Assembly: GCA_963703655.1 (NCBI GenBank)
Contig: CAVPFA010000003.1
Span: forward strand, 912,972 to 976,971
Direction: 5' to 3'
From: an uncultured Acidimicrobiaceae bacterium
GTDB taxonomy: Bacteria > Actinomycetota > Acidimicrobiia > Acidimicrobiales > Bog-793
DNA length: 64,000 nucleotides
The notes under the pieces were generated by a model. That model saw nothing but the letters and a program-made list of their open reading frames with translations. It ran no database searches and was not told where the DNA came from. Both the position numbers and the translations under genes were made by a program. Below are positions 28,156 through 38,400 of this stretch, one piece after another (position 1 is the stretch's first letter; the number at the start of each line of letters is the position of its first letter).

Positions 28156-29175
28156 ATGAGAGCCATGCGGCTGGTCGAATTCGGAGATCGTCCAACCTTC
28201 GAGTTGTCCGAGGTCGACGATCCGGCGCCCGGTGCTGGCCAGGTAGTGGTGCGGGTGGTCTGCGCGGCGCTCAACAGGCGTGACCCGTGGGTGTGGACGA
28301 CACCTGGATACTGCGCCTTGCCGGTCACCCTTGGATCGGACGGCGCCGGAGTCGTCTCGGCAGTGGGGGACGGCGTGAGCAACCTACGCCCCGGCGATGA
28401 GGTCGTGATCAATCCCACGCTGAACTGGGACGAAGGCTGCGACGTCCCGAGTCCGGACTTCGACATCCTCGGGGCCCCGATTGACGGCACCTTTGCCGAA
28501 AAGGTCGTGGTTCCTGCCGGCAACGTCGCTCCACGACCCGTACGCCTGACCTGGCAGGAAGCAGGTGCGCTGCCGCTCGCTGGGCTGACGGCCTGGCGAG
28601 CCCTGTTCGTCTGCGCCCGGGTCACCTCCGGGAGCCGGGTAATGATCACGGGGGCGAGCGGCGGGGTGTCGTCGTTTCTCGTTCAGCTTGCCGCCGCGGC
28701 TGGTGCCTCCGTCGTCGTCACGACGAGCACTGTGGACAAAGGCGATCGAGCCCTGGAGCTGGGGGCTGACGCCGTTGTGCTCCATTCCGAGCCCGACTGG
28801 CCGAAGGCCGCTGTCGAAGCCGCCGGGGGTCCGTTTGACGCCGTCGTCGACAGCTACGGCGGTCCTTCTTGGTCCGCCGCTCTGCCGACGCTGCGCTGGG
28901 GTGGGATCTTCGTCACCTTTGGCGACACCGGGGGGCCGAGCGCGACTATCGAGATCTCCGACGTCTATTGGAACTGGCGCTCGATCGTCGGCACGTCGAT
29001 GGGAAGTCCGGATGACTTTCGAGCCCTGCTCCGACATGTCGACACCGCCGTTTGGCGGCCGCTCGTCGACAGCGTGTTTCCGCTCGAGGAGCTGGGCCTA
29101 GCGGCCGATCGGCTCGCCGCGCCGGATCGCTACGGCAAAGTCGTGATCCGAGTGTCAGACCCGCCAGGCGGTTGA
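28156..29175 (+). CDS. Zinc-type alcohol dehydrogenase / quinone oxidoreductase (MDR superfamily)
   Basis: Start at internal ATG 28156 (MRAMRLVEFGD). GroES-like and Rossmann domains (ITGASGGVSSFLVQLA). Confidence 0.88.
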   Translation: MRAMRLVEFGDRPTFELSEVDDPAPGAGQVVVRVVCAALNRRDPWVWTTPGYCALPVTLGSDGAGVVSAVGDGVSNLRPGDEVVINPTLNWDEGCDVPSPDFDILGAPIDGTFAEKVVVPAGNVAPRPVRLTWQEAGALPLAGLTAWRALFVCARVTSGSRVMITGASGGVSSFLVQLAAAAGASVVVTTSTVDKGDRALELGADAVVLHSEPDWPKAAVEAAGGPFDAVVDSYGGPSWSAALPTLRWGGIFVTFGDTGGPSATIEISDVYWNWRSIVGTSMGSPDDFRALLRHVDTAVWRPLVDSVFPLEELGLAADRLAAPDRYGKVVIRVSDPPGG

Positions 29176-29189
29176 CCTAGTGGGCCGTC

Positions 29190-30404
29190 CTAGGTGCTGG
29201 AGCGCCACACTCCCGGCCCGTAGCGGGCGAGCAGACGGCGACCGTGCGGCTGGAGCGCCAGGAAGGTCCCTCCGAGCAGGCCGGCCAGCAGCAGGTACGG
29301 CACCGCGTCGACGGTGGCCTGCGCGATGGCGCCGCTCGAAGCCGCAGCGACCGCTTGGCCGAATGCCCATGAGAGGTTGGCAAGCCCGAAGGCCAGCCCC
29401 TGGTGCAGCTTCTGCCGGTCGGCACCGTCGCTGACCATCGCCGAGGCGGGCACGAAGAGGGTTCCGTATGCCGGAATTCCGGCGACGAGCACCGCTACGA
29501 GAACCCAAGCCGGATGCACCAACGGAAGCAACGCGCTAACTACGACCGCCGCCACGAGGGAGAGCCTTACCGGAGCCAGTCGACCCCGGCGATCGGCGAG
29601 GCGGCCCACCAATGGCGACAGAACAGATTCGAGCGCGGCGGAGCAGAGGAACGCTCCACCGATGACGATGGCACTGGCGCCGAGCGCGCTGAGACGTAGC
29701 GGGGCGAGGACGTCGATGACACCGAACGACACTCCGGCGAGAAAGGTGAGCCACATTCCGCCTGCGACGCCCCAGTCGGCGAGCGCACGCACGGCGCTGC
29801 GAAGCCTCTGGGACTCACCGCCGACCGGCACCCGGATGCGGAAACTCATGACCACGAGGCACAGTCCGGCTGCCGTAGCAGCAGCGAAAGCCGGTCCGGT
29901 GCCCACCGCGCTCGCCACGGCGCCGATGACGGGACCAAGAAGGGCACCTCCCACTGCCGCGCCGAGCGCCACGCCGATGGCGGCGCCTCGCCGATCTGGC
30001 GGCGTGCCGGCGGCGAGCCACGCCATCCCGCCGGACCAGGTGCACGCACCGCCGAGGCCCTGGACGAAACGCGCCGCGTCGAGCACCGTGATCGAAGTGC
30101 CGAAGCCGAACACCAGAGTGGCGCCGCTCATGAAGAACAGACCGAACACGACCGCCGTCCGGACGCCGAGCCGGGTGGCGAGAACCCCACCTGGAAGAGA
30201 GCCGAGCAGGGTTCCGACGGGATAAGCCGCCACCAGGATGCCCGCCCCGGTCTTGGACAGTCCGAGGATGTGCTTGTAATGCGGGAGCAGCGGGGTGAGG
30301 GCCGTGAAGAACACGGTGTCGACGAGCACCAGGGCGCTCACGAATACCAAGAGGGCTGTGGTATTCGCCGGCGTTGTGTTGCTGGGGCGTTCCTCGCTGC
30401 GCAC
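29190..30404 (-). CDS. MFS transporter
   Basis: 12-TM profile and MFS signature regions. Confidence 0.88.
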   Translation of the reverse strand: MRSEERPSNTTPANTTALLVFVSALVLVDTVFFTALTPLLPHYKHILGLSKTGAGILVAAYPVGTLLGSLPGGVLATRLGVRTAVVFGLFFMSGATLVFGFGTSITVLDAARFVQGLGGACTWSGGMAWLAAGTPPDRRGAAIGVALGAAVGGALLGPVIGAVASAVGTGPAFAAATAAGLCLVVMSFRIRVPVGGESQRLRSAVRALADWGVAGGMWLTFLAGVSFGVIDVLAPLRLSALGASAIVIGGAFLCSAALESVLSPLVGRLADRRGRLAPVRLSLVAAVVVSALLPLVHPAWVLVAVLVAGIPAYGTLFVPASAMVSDGADRQKLHQGLAFGLANLSWAFGQAVAAASSGAIAQATVDAVPYLLLAGLLGGTFLALQPHGRRLLARYGPGVWRSST

Positions 30405-30434
30405 CAGTTCAGTATTGGCCGAGGAGCTGGTGAC

Positions 30435-30851
30435 TCACCTGACCACGAACACCGGAAGCTTCCCGAGATGCAGCACCTTGTGCGTCGTGCTCCCGAGGAG
30501 CACCCCTTCGAGGTCGCCGGTCCCGTGTGATCCCATGACGATCACCGACGCGCCGGTCCGCGTCGCCTCGTCCAGGATCTCTCGAGCTACCCGCCCGTGC
30601 AGGGCGCCACGCAAGGTGCCGGTCGCGCTGACCCCGGCGTCGTTGAGCACCTTCAGGGCGTCGTCGACGATCTTTTTGGCCTCGTCGGACTCTTCGTCAG
30701 GGACAGCACCGGCGCGACCGATGAAGTGGCTCTCGCGCACGTGCAGCACCTCGACTTCGCCGCTCGCGAGCTTGGCCAAACCCGCGGCCGTCTGGAGCGT
30801 CTTGTCCGCGTGGTCCGAGTCATCGAGCGCGATCAGCATCTTCTCGAACAT
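30435..30851 (-). CDS. Universal stress protein (UspA family)
   Basis: MLIALDDSDH...VMGSHGTGDLEGVLLGSTTHKVLH ATP-binding Usp motif. Confidence 0.9.
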   Translation of the reverse strand: MFEKMLIALDDSDHADKTLQTAAGLAKLASGEVEVLHVRESHFIGRAGAVPDEESDEAKKIVDDALKVLNDAGVSATGTLRGALHGRVAREILDEATRTGASVIVMGSHGTGDLEGVLLGSTTHKVLHLGKLPVFVVR

Positions 30852-30868
30852 TTCTCAACTCCTCTTCG

Positions 30869-31267
30869 ATGTACTCCCCCTCAGGTTCGCGCGAGACCGG
30901 CACCACCGCCAACGCCGATGGTCCCCTCCTGCGCCAGTCGACGGATCGCCCTGCTGAGCGACCACGAACCCCCGCACGCGTCACTTGCCGGGAGGCACTT
31001 CCTCCCGCGACCGGTACATTCGATGTTGACGAGGTAGTAAGGAGGTGTGCGGCATCGGTGGAAGAGCTTGACCAGTCACTCGTCGGCACGGTCGGCCTCG
31101 TCACGGTGCCGATAACCGCCAGCCGTGCCGGAGAGGTGATGCTCCCTGTGCGCGGCGGTACCGAGGCTTTCGCTGCTTGGTCCGACGAGCCGATCGACAA
31201 GCACGTTCGCGTTGTCGTCGTCGAGTGCGTGTCAGGACGGACGGTGACCGTCACTCCGTGCGGATGA
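30869..31267 (+). CDS. NfeD-like OB-fold protein (short form, no TM) paired with flotillin; true start possibly internal GTG (~31063) after an AAGGAGG site
   Basis: C-terminal beta-barrel-like GEVMLPVRGGTEAFAAWSDEPIDKHVRVVVVECVSGRTVTVTP typical of NfeD C-domains. Immediately upstream of an SPFH/flotillin gene. Confidence 0.5.
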   Translation: MYSPSGSRETGTTANADGPLLRQSTDRPAERPRTPARVTCREALPPATGTFDVDEVVRRCAASVEELDQSLVGTVGLVTVPITASRAGEVMLPVRGGTEAFAAWSDEPIDKHVRVVVVECVSGRTVTVTPCG

Positions 31268-31294
31268 TCTACCGCCAAGGTTAGGAGTATTCCC

Positions 31295-32707
31295 ATGCTG
31301 TTCTGGAACGTCCCAGCGCCGAACGAGGCACTGCTCATCTCCGGGTCGCGCAGCAAGTCCCAGGAGACCCAGTTCCGGATCGTGACGGGTCACGGTTGCT
31401 TCGTCCTGCCGATCAAGCAGAAGGCGCGCTTTCTGTCGCTCTCGCTCCGCGAGGCCGAGATCGCCGAAGAGTGCATCACGACCCAGGGCATCCGGCTCAA
31501 GATCCGGGCGATCGCCGCGTTCAAGGTCGGCGACGACCCCGTATCGATCGCGAATGCCGCCCGGCGCTTCCTTTCCGAGCAGAACCGCATGGAGGAGCTC
31601 GTCGGAAGGATCTTCGCGGGGCACCTCCGCTCGATCATCGGGAGCCTGACCGTCGAGGAGATCATCCGCGAGCGGGACCGGCTCTCCCAGGAGGTGAAGG
31701 ACGGGAGTCACGGTGAGATGGAGAAGCTCGGCATCGTCGTCGACTCCCTCCAGATCCAGGAGATCGAGGACGCAACCGGCTACATCAACAACATCGCGGC
31801 ACCTCACGCGGCGGCCGTCGCCAGCCAGGCCCGCATCGCCGCGGCCAAGGCGGACCAGGAGGCGACCCAGCGCGAGCAGGAAGCTGCCGCGCTCAGGTTC
31901 GAGTACGTGCGTGACACCGAGATCAAGCAGGCCGGGTTCGCGGCCGAGACCGAGCAGGCCAAGGCCCGTGCCGCACAAGCCGGCCCGCTCGCGGAAGCAC
32001 AGGCCTCTCAGGAGGTCATCGAACAGCAGACCGCTCTGGCCGAGCGCGAAGCTCAGCTCACCGAGAAACGCCTCGAGTCCGAGGTCCGCCGGCCTGCCGA
32101 CGCCGAGGCTTACAAGACCAGAACCCTTGCCGATGCGGACCGCGACAAGGTCAAGGCGGAGACCGAGGCCGAGGCGTTCCGGCTACGCGGCCTCGCGGAG
32201 GCCAACCGGGACACGGTGAACTTCGCCACCGAGGCCGAGGCTCGGCGGCGCAAGGCGCTTGCCGAAGCGGAAGCCGAAGCCGCAAAGGTTCATGCAGCCG
32301 GCAGCGCGGAGGCCAAACAGCACGAGGCGGACGGCGACGCCTACGCGGAGAGGACCGTCGCCGCGGCACAGGCGCAGGCCATCGACGTCCGGGCGAAGGC
32401 CTTGAGCGACGGCAATCAGGCCTTGATAGCTGCCAACAAGCTCATCGACGCGCTTCCCGCGCTCGTCGAAGCGGCGGCCAAAGGCATCTCGGGCTCGAAC
32501 CTCACCGTCCTCAACGGCACCGAAGGGGTCAACGAGCTGGTGGCGGGTGTGGTCAGTCAAGGTCTCACGGTCTACGACGCGCTGCGCAGGTCGGTCGCTC
32601 CCACGACACAGCCCACCCTCGGCGAGACAGCTGCGCCCGGTGCCGTCGCCCAAGACGAGATCGGCCGCCGGGCTGCGACGGAGCCTCGCGTCATCCGCCA
32701 GAAATAA
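31295..32707 (+). CDS. Flotillin-like SPFH (band 7) domain protein
   Basis: N-terminal SPFH domain followed by a long Ala/Glu-rich coiled-coil (EA repeats), as in FloT/YuaG. Confidence 0.88.
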   Translation: MLFWNVPAPNEALLISGSRSKSQETQFRIVTGHGCFVLPIKQKARFLSLSLREAEIAEECITTQGIRLKIRAIAAFKVGDDPVSIANAARRFLSEQNRMEELVGRIFAGHLRSIIGSLTVEEIIRERDRLSQEVKDGSHGEMEKLGIVVDSLQIQEIEDATGYINNIAAPHAAAVASQARIAAAKADQEATQREQEAAALRFEYVRDTEIKQAGFAAETEQAKARAAQAGPLAEAQASQEVIEQQTALAEREAQLTEKRLESEVRRPADAEAYKTRTLADADRDKVKAETEAEAFRLRGLAEANRDTVNFATEAEARRRKALAEAEAEAAKVHAAGSAEAKQHEADGDAYAERTVAAAQAQAIDVRAKALSDGNQALIAANKLIDALPALVEAAAKGISGSNLTVLNGTEGVNELVAGVVSQGLTVYDALRRSVAPTTQPTLGETAAPGAVAQDEIGRRAATEPRVIRQK

Positions 32708-32829
32708 CGCCAGCCGCCCTGAGCCGGCTACTCGAGCCGCCGGCCTGGAACCGTCACCCGTGCGGCCAACGCCAGCCGCCCTGAGTCGGCTACTCGAGCC
32801 GCGCGCCTGGGACGGGCACACCCGCGGGC
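32706..32829. repeat. ~62-bp tandem direct repeat x2 containing the flotillin TAA stop (copy 1) and the last 7 codons plus stop of the convergent mmpL gene (copy 2)
   Basis: AACGCCAGCCGCCCTGAG(C/T)CGGCTACTCGAGCCGC... read twice. CTACTCGAG is the reverse complement of ...LE-stop of MmpL. Confidence 0.8.
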
Positions 32830-35159
32830 GGGCCAGGCGTCACGCTGGCGGCCGAGTGCTCCTGGCTCGGAGGGGCGCCGGTCACCTCGTCCACCTCGGC
32901 CAGCTTGCCGGGCCACCAGTTCCACCGGCCGAGCAGCGACACCGTGGAGGGGACGAGCAGGCTTCGGACGAGGAACGTGTCCATCAAGATGCCGAGCGCC
33001 AGGCCAAGACCGATGTCGCGGATCTGGCTGCCTCCCGATCCGCTCCCCCCGGTGACGGCGAGAACAAGGAACGTCCCGGCGAGTACCAGGCCGGCCGAAG
33101 TGACGGTCGGGCCGGACGCGCCGACGGCGGTCACGACGGCGTCCCGGAGGCGGCGGTGATGCGCCTCCTCCCGGATGCGGGTCATGACGAGGATGTTGTA
33201 GTCCTCGCCGAGGGCTAAGAGGAAGATGAACATCAAGAAGGGCAAGAGGAACGTGAGGCCGCCGCTCCCACCTATCTTGATGAAGATGATCGACGCGAGT
33301 CCGAGCGCCGCCAGGTACGACAAGAGCACGCTCGCGATGAGATAGAGCGGGGCGACGACGCTGCGCAGGACGAGTGCGAGCAGGATCCCGATGGCGATGA
33401 TCGCGATCGGCACGATGCGGATCAGGTCGCTGTCGGAAATCGAGCTCACGTCATAGAGGGCGGGGGCCTCACCTGCGACGCCGCTCGCGGTCGCGCCGAT
33501 GGCGTGCTGCACCGATGTCAGGGCGTTGCGGATGTCCGGCACCGCATTCAGGGCGGGGGTCGAGCCGGCGTCGCCGGCGACGAGCCCGGCCTCGAACTGG
33601 ATCGTGTGCCCGTCCGGGCTCACGAAACGCGCCGTCGCGCGGTAGGCGTCGTACAGCGCCGTCGGCACCTTCGCGCCGGGCGGGCCGGCAGCCGGCAGCG
33701 ACGGCAACCGGCCGGGATTCCCGAGCGCGTGGTGCAGTTGGACGTAGGTGGCCGGCGAGATCGCCTTGCCTGCGGGATCGAACGGACCCGGCAACGAGTT
33801 GAACAGCCCCGTCGCGCGTAGCTGACTCCCGGCCGTGACGACGGCCCCCGGGTCCTTCCAGGCGGGAGCGGCGAGCTTCAAGATGAGGTTCGTCGGGTTG
33901 GAGCTCGACTGAGGGAAGTACTTGGCGAGGGCGGCGTTTCCTGCCGCCGCGTCGGTCCCGCTCGGTGCGGTGGTCGCTCCGCCGAATCCCGCCGGCGAGT
34001 AGAAGAGCGACCCCAACGCGAGAGCGCCGAATACGATGAGGCCGATCGTGAGGGTCCGGGCGGGGCGCGCGACGACGCGCTGGGCCACCTTCCCCCACCC
34101 GCTGTCGTGCGGCTCCCCCGCGACGACCTTCGAAGGCCAGAACACGGCGCGCCCGAGAATCGACAGGAGAGCAGGGAGCAACGTCAGTCCGGCGACGAGC
34201 ATCACCGCGACGCCGATCGCAAGGGGCACACCGAGGTCGTGGTAGATCCCGAAGCTCGCGAACAGCAGGGTCAAAAGAGCGAGGATGACGGTTCCGGCCG
34301 ATGCGCTTATCGACTCGCCGACGCGGAAGACCGCGCGCGCCACCGCGTCGTTCGGCGCCATGCCAGATCGGATCCCCTCGCGGACTCGAAACACGAGGAA
34401 CAACCCGTAGTCCGTGCCCGCCCCGAGGATGAGCACGATGAGCAGCAGCTGGGTGACTTGGGAGATCTTGAGCCCGTGGGAGCCGAGCTCACCGATGAAC
34501 GAACCCGACACCTGCAGCACGATCGCGGCCGGCAGCAGCGTCACGAGCGGCGCCAGCACCGAGCGGAAGACGAACAACAAAAGGACGATGATGAACAAGA
34601 TCGTGAGCAACTGGGTCCGGTTGCCGGCCGCCTTCGACTGCTGCTGCTGCGCGACGTTGGTAGCTACCGACCCCGCGAGGTGGAACTCGAGGCCGGGAGG
34701 TGCTCCCGCTTTCGCGAACGCTGCGGTCAGACCGTTCACCACGTCCAGCGAAGGGCCCGGACTGAAGCCGGCGATGCTCGCCTCGGCGAGGAGTTGAACG
34801 GCGTGGGAATCCTCCGAGGTGCCGACGTACTGCACGCTGTCGACATCCCGGACCTTCTTCGCTGCAACCGCGAGACGAACGAGCGCCCGGGTGTCGGCGG
34901 CCGTGATGGGGCCGTCCTGGCGGATCCCGACGATGATCACGGGCACGAGGTTCGACTTGCCGATCAACGGCTCCGCGAGATTGCCTGCGATCGTGCTCGG
35001 CGCGCTCGCGGGCAGGAACGCCGAGTTGTTGTTGTTCACCTGGCTCGCCAACGACGGCAGGAAGTGGACCGCCGAGACCGTCCCGACGATCCAGACCACG
35101 ACGATGAGCCACCGGAACCGCACGGTGAAGCGTCCGAGGCCGTCGAAAAAGGCGTTCAT
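32790..35159 (-). CDS. mmpL: MMPL-family (RND superfamily) membrane transporter
   Basis: 789 aa with 12 TM in two 6-TM bundles plus periplasmic loops. MmpL signature regions. Confidence 0.9.
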   Translation of the reverse strand: MNAFFDGLGRFTVRFRWLIVVVWIVGTVSAVHFLPSLASQVNNNNSAFLPASAPSTIAGNLAEPLIGKSNLVPVIIVGIRQDGPITAADTRALVRLAVAAKKVRDVDSVQYVGTSEDSHAVQLLAEASIAGFSPGPSLDVVNGLTAAFAKAGAPPGLEFHLAGSVATNVAQQQQSKAAGNRTQLLTILFIIVLLLFVFRSVLAPLVTLLPAAIVLQVSGSFIGELGSHGLKISQVTQLLLIVLILGAGTDYGLFLVFRVREGIRSGMAPNDAVARAVFRVGESISASAGTVILALLTLLFASFGIYHDLGVPLAIGVAVMLVAGLTLLPALLSILGRAVFWPSKVVAGEPHDSGWGKVAQRVVARPARTLTIGLIVFGALALGSLFYSPAGFGGATTAPSGTDAAAGNAALAKYFPQSSSNPTNLILKLAAPAWKDPGAVVTAGSQLRATGLFNSLPGPFDPAGKAISPATYVQLHHALGNPGRLPSLPAAGPPGAKVPTALYDAYRATARFVSPDGHTIQFEAGLVAGDAGSTPALNAVPDIRNALTSVQHAIGATASGVAGEAPALYDVSSISDSDLIRIVPIAIIAIGILLALVLRSVVAPLYLIASVLLSYLAALGLASIIFIKIGGSGGLTFLLPFLMFIFLLALGEDYNILVMTRIREEAHHRRLRDAVVTAVGASGPTVTSAGLVLAGTFLVLAVTGGSGSGGSQIRDIGLGLALGILMDTFLVRSLLVPSTVSLLGRWNWWPGKLAEVDEVTGAPPSQEHSAASVTPGPPAGVPVPGARLE

Positions 35160-35434
35160 GTGTGGGGGATCTCCGTCTCGAATCAGGGGGTGTGGGGGTG
35201 TCTCCGGCCGGTGGTCACGCCTCCGAGGCGGACCTCTTAGAACCGGGCGCCGTCCGGCGGATTATGCCGGTAGGCCTCGATAGGCGCAAAACCTAGCCTC
35301 TCGTCAGTGCGCATCGCGGCCGCCCTCGCCGCGATGGGGTCTAGCCTTCCAGCGTTCCGACCAGCGCCGCGCCAGCTCAGCCAGCCGGCGACTACCCTCG
35401 TCAGCGTCCGTTTCGTGCTGACGATGGAGCGCAG

Positions 35435-38400
35435 ATGACCTGCCCGAGCTGCGGGACCGAGAACCGAGCCGGCCGCAAGTTCTGCGGCGCCTGCGGCACC
35501 GAGCTCGTGCGAGCGTGCCCGGCCTGCGGGTCGGTGAACGACCCCGATGACGCCTACTGCGGCGAGTGCGGGGCTGTTCTCGGCTCCGACCGGGCGCCGG
35601 CGGCCACCGTCACCGCCCCGGCCGGCGCCTTGGCGCAACCTCCGGCCAGGCAATCCGGCCCCGCGTCAGGTGGCGGTTCGGAGCTCCGCCACGTCTCGGT
35701 GCTGTTCTGCGACCTTGTCGGCTTCACACCCTTCTCGGAGAAACGGGACCCCGAGGAGGTAAGAGAGCTCCTCTCCGGCTACTTCGAGCTCGCCCGCGCC
35801 ATAGTCGCCAGATACGGCGGCATCGTCGAGAAGTTCATCGGCGACGCCGTCATGGCGGTCTGGGGCGCCCCGGTAGCCAAGGAGGACGACGCAGAGCGGG
35901 CCGTGCGGGCGGGCATCGAGCTCGTCTCGGCGGTGGCCGCCTACGGCACCGAGCACCAGACCGAGCTCCAAGCGCGCGTCGGCGTCGTGACCGGTGGCGT
36001 CGCCACGACCGAGACTCCCGACGAGGGCCTCGTCATCGGCGACCGCGTGAACACCGCGGCCAGGATCCAGTCGGCTGCGCCGCCGGGGTGCTGCTACGTC
36101 GACGAGATGACCCGGAGCGCGACGGTGGCCGCGATCGCGTACACCGACGCCGGCGAGCACACCTTGAAGGGAAAGGCCGAGCCGGTCAGGCTCTACCAGG
36201 CGACGCGCGTCGTGGCGGCCATCGCCGGCTCGCAGCGCTCGGGCGTCCTAGAAGCGCCCTTCATCGGGCGCGACCACGAGCTTCGCCTCGTCAAGGAGCT
36301 CTTCCACGCCTCAGCCGAGCGCCACTCGGCGCGCCTCGTGCTGGTGTCGGGGGTCGCCGGGGTCGGCAAGTCCCGGCTCGCGTGGGAGTTCTTCAAGTAC
36401 ATCGACGGCCTGGCCGGCGACGTGCTCTGGCACGCCGGGCGCTGCTTGTCCTACGGCGAGGGGGTCAGCTATTGGGCTCTCTCGGAGATGATCCGCGCCA
36501 GGCTGCAGATCAGCGAGGAGGACCCCCAAGAGGTCGTGGCCGAGCGCCTCCGCACCGGCCTCGAGCGATGGATCGGTGACACCACCGACCGCGAGTTCAT
36601 CGCACCGCGCCTCGGCCAGCTGCTCGGCCTCCCGTCGCAACAAGTGCTCGCACGCGAAGAGCTCTTCTCCGGCTGGCGCCTTTTCTTCGAGCGCCTCGCC
36701 GAGTACCTCCCCGTCGTCATGGTGATCGAGGACCTGCAGTGGGCCGACGCCGGGATGGTCGACTTCTTGGACCACCTGCTCGAGTGGTCCGGCGACCACG
36801 CCATCTTCCTCCTCGTACTGTCAAGGCCGGAGGGCACCGAGAGAAGAGGCCTCGGGCTGTCGCGCCGGAGCGTCACCACGCTCCCGCTCGACCCGCTCTC
36901 GGACGAGGTGATCGGCGGCCTTTTGGACGGGCTCGTCGCCGGCCTACCCGCCCTCGCACGCTCACGCATCGTGGAACGGGCCGAGGGGATCCCGCTCTAC
37001 GCGATCGAGACGGTCCGTGGGCTGCTCGACAAGGGGGCCTTGAGCGCGGTGACGACGGGCGGCTGCACCTCGTCGGGGACCTAGGCGAGCTCGAGATCCC
37101 GCCGGGGCTGACGGCGCTCATCGCGTCGCGACTCGACGCCCTCGGCCCCGACGAGCGACGCCTCGTTAAGGAGTGCTCGGTGCTGGGCGGGAGCTTCCCC
37201 CGCCAGGCGATCGAGGCGATCTCCGACGGCGACCCGGGCGGTCTCGACGAGCTGTTGAGCTCGCTCGTGCGCAAGGAGGTCCTGACCGTCCGGGCGGACA
37301 AGCTCTCGCCCGAGCGCGGCCAGTACGCCTTCACGCAATCGCTCATCAGATCCGTCGCCTACGACATGTTGACCAGGGCCGAGCGCAAGGCACGGCACCT
37401 CAAGACCGCAGAGCACCTTCGATCGGCCTTCCCCGACGAGGGTGCCGAGGTCGCCGAGGTTATCGGCGCCCACCTCTATGACGCCTACAGATCCGCCGGC
37501 GAGGACCCCGACGCCGACGAGCTTCGAGCCGCGGCTTGCGAGGCCTACACCCGGGCCGCCGAGCGGGCCGAGATCGTCGGCGCCCCCGAGGCGTCCGAGT
37601 CCGCCTACCTGAAGGCCGCCGATCTCAGCTCGGACGAGATCGAGCGGGCGGGGTTCACCGAGAAGGCTGGCCGGATGGCGTCCTTCGCAGGCTGGTACGA
37701 GCGAGCCGTCGGCCACTTCGAGTCCGCGATTGCCGTCCACGCGCTCGCCGGACGCGTCGTCGAGGTTGCGGGCGTCACGGCCGAGCTCGGCTCGTCGCTC
37801 AATTCTCTCGGTCGCGGCGAGCAGGCTGCCGTGCTCCTCCGGGAGGCGCTCGCAACCCTCGACCAGCGGACCGCCCCGCCAGCGGTAGTAGCGGCACTGC
37901 AGCTCTCTTTAGCCTCCGCGCTTCACTTCACCGGTCATGCCGACGAGTCGGTCGACCCCCTCGAGCGCGCCCTCGTCCTGGCGCAGTTCCACGAGCTCCC
38001 CGAAGTACTTGCCCGCCGCGCTCAACTCGAGAGGTGTGCATCTCGCGATGATGGGGCGGATCGAGGAAGCGCGCCTGCACTACGAAGGAGCCGCCGCGGT
38101 GGCTCGCCGCGCGGGCGCGACGAGAACTGCGTTTCTCGCGGAGCTGAACCTCGCCGATGTCTTGATGACCCACGACCTCCCGGGCGCCGAAGAGCACTGC
38201 CAGGCGGGTATCGCGCTGGCGCGGCGCTCCGGAGCGTGGGCGGGCGAGGCGTTCGCCGTCGGGAATCTCCTGTACGTCCTGATGGTCGCCGGCCGCCTCG
38301 AGGAGGCATTCCGGCTTGCGACCGAGCTCTTGGAGAACGGTGGTGACGACAGGCCGGGAGCCGACGAGCTCCACCTGCGGCTCGCGGTGATCGTGGCACA

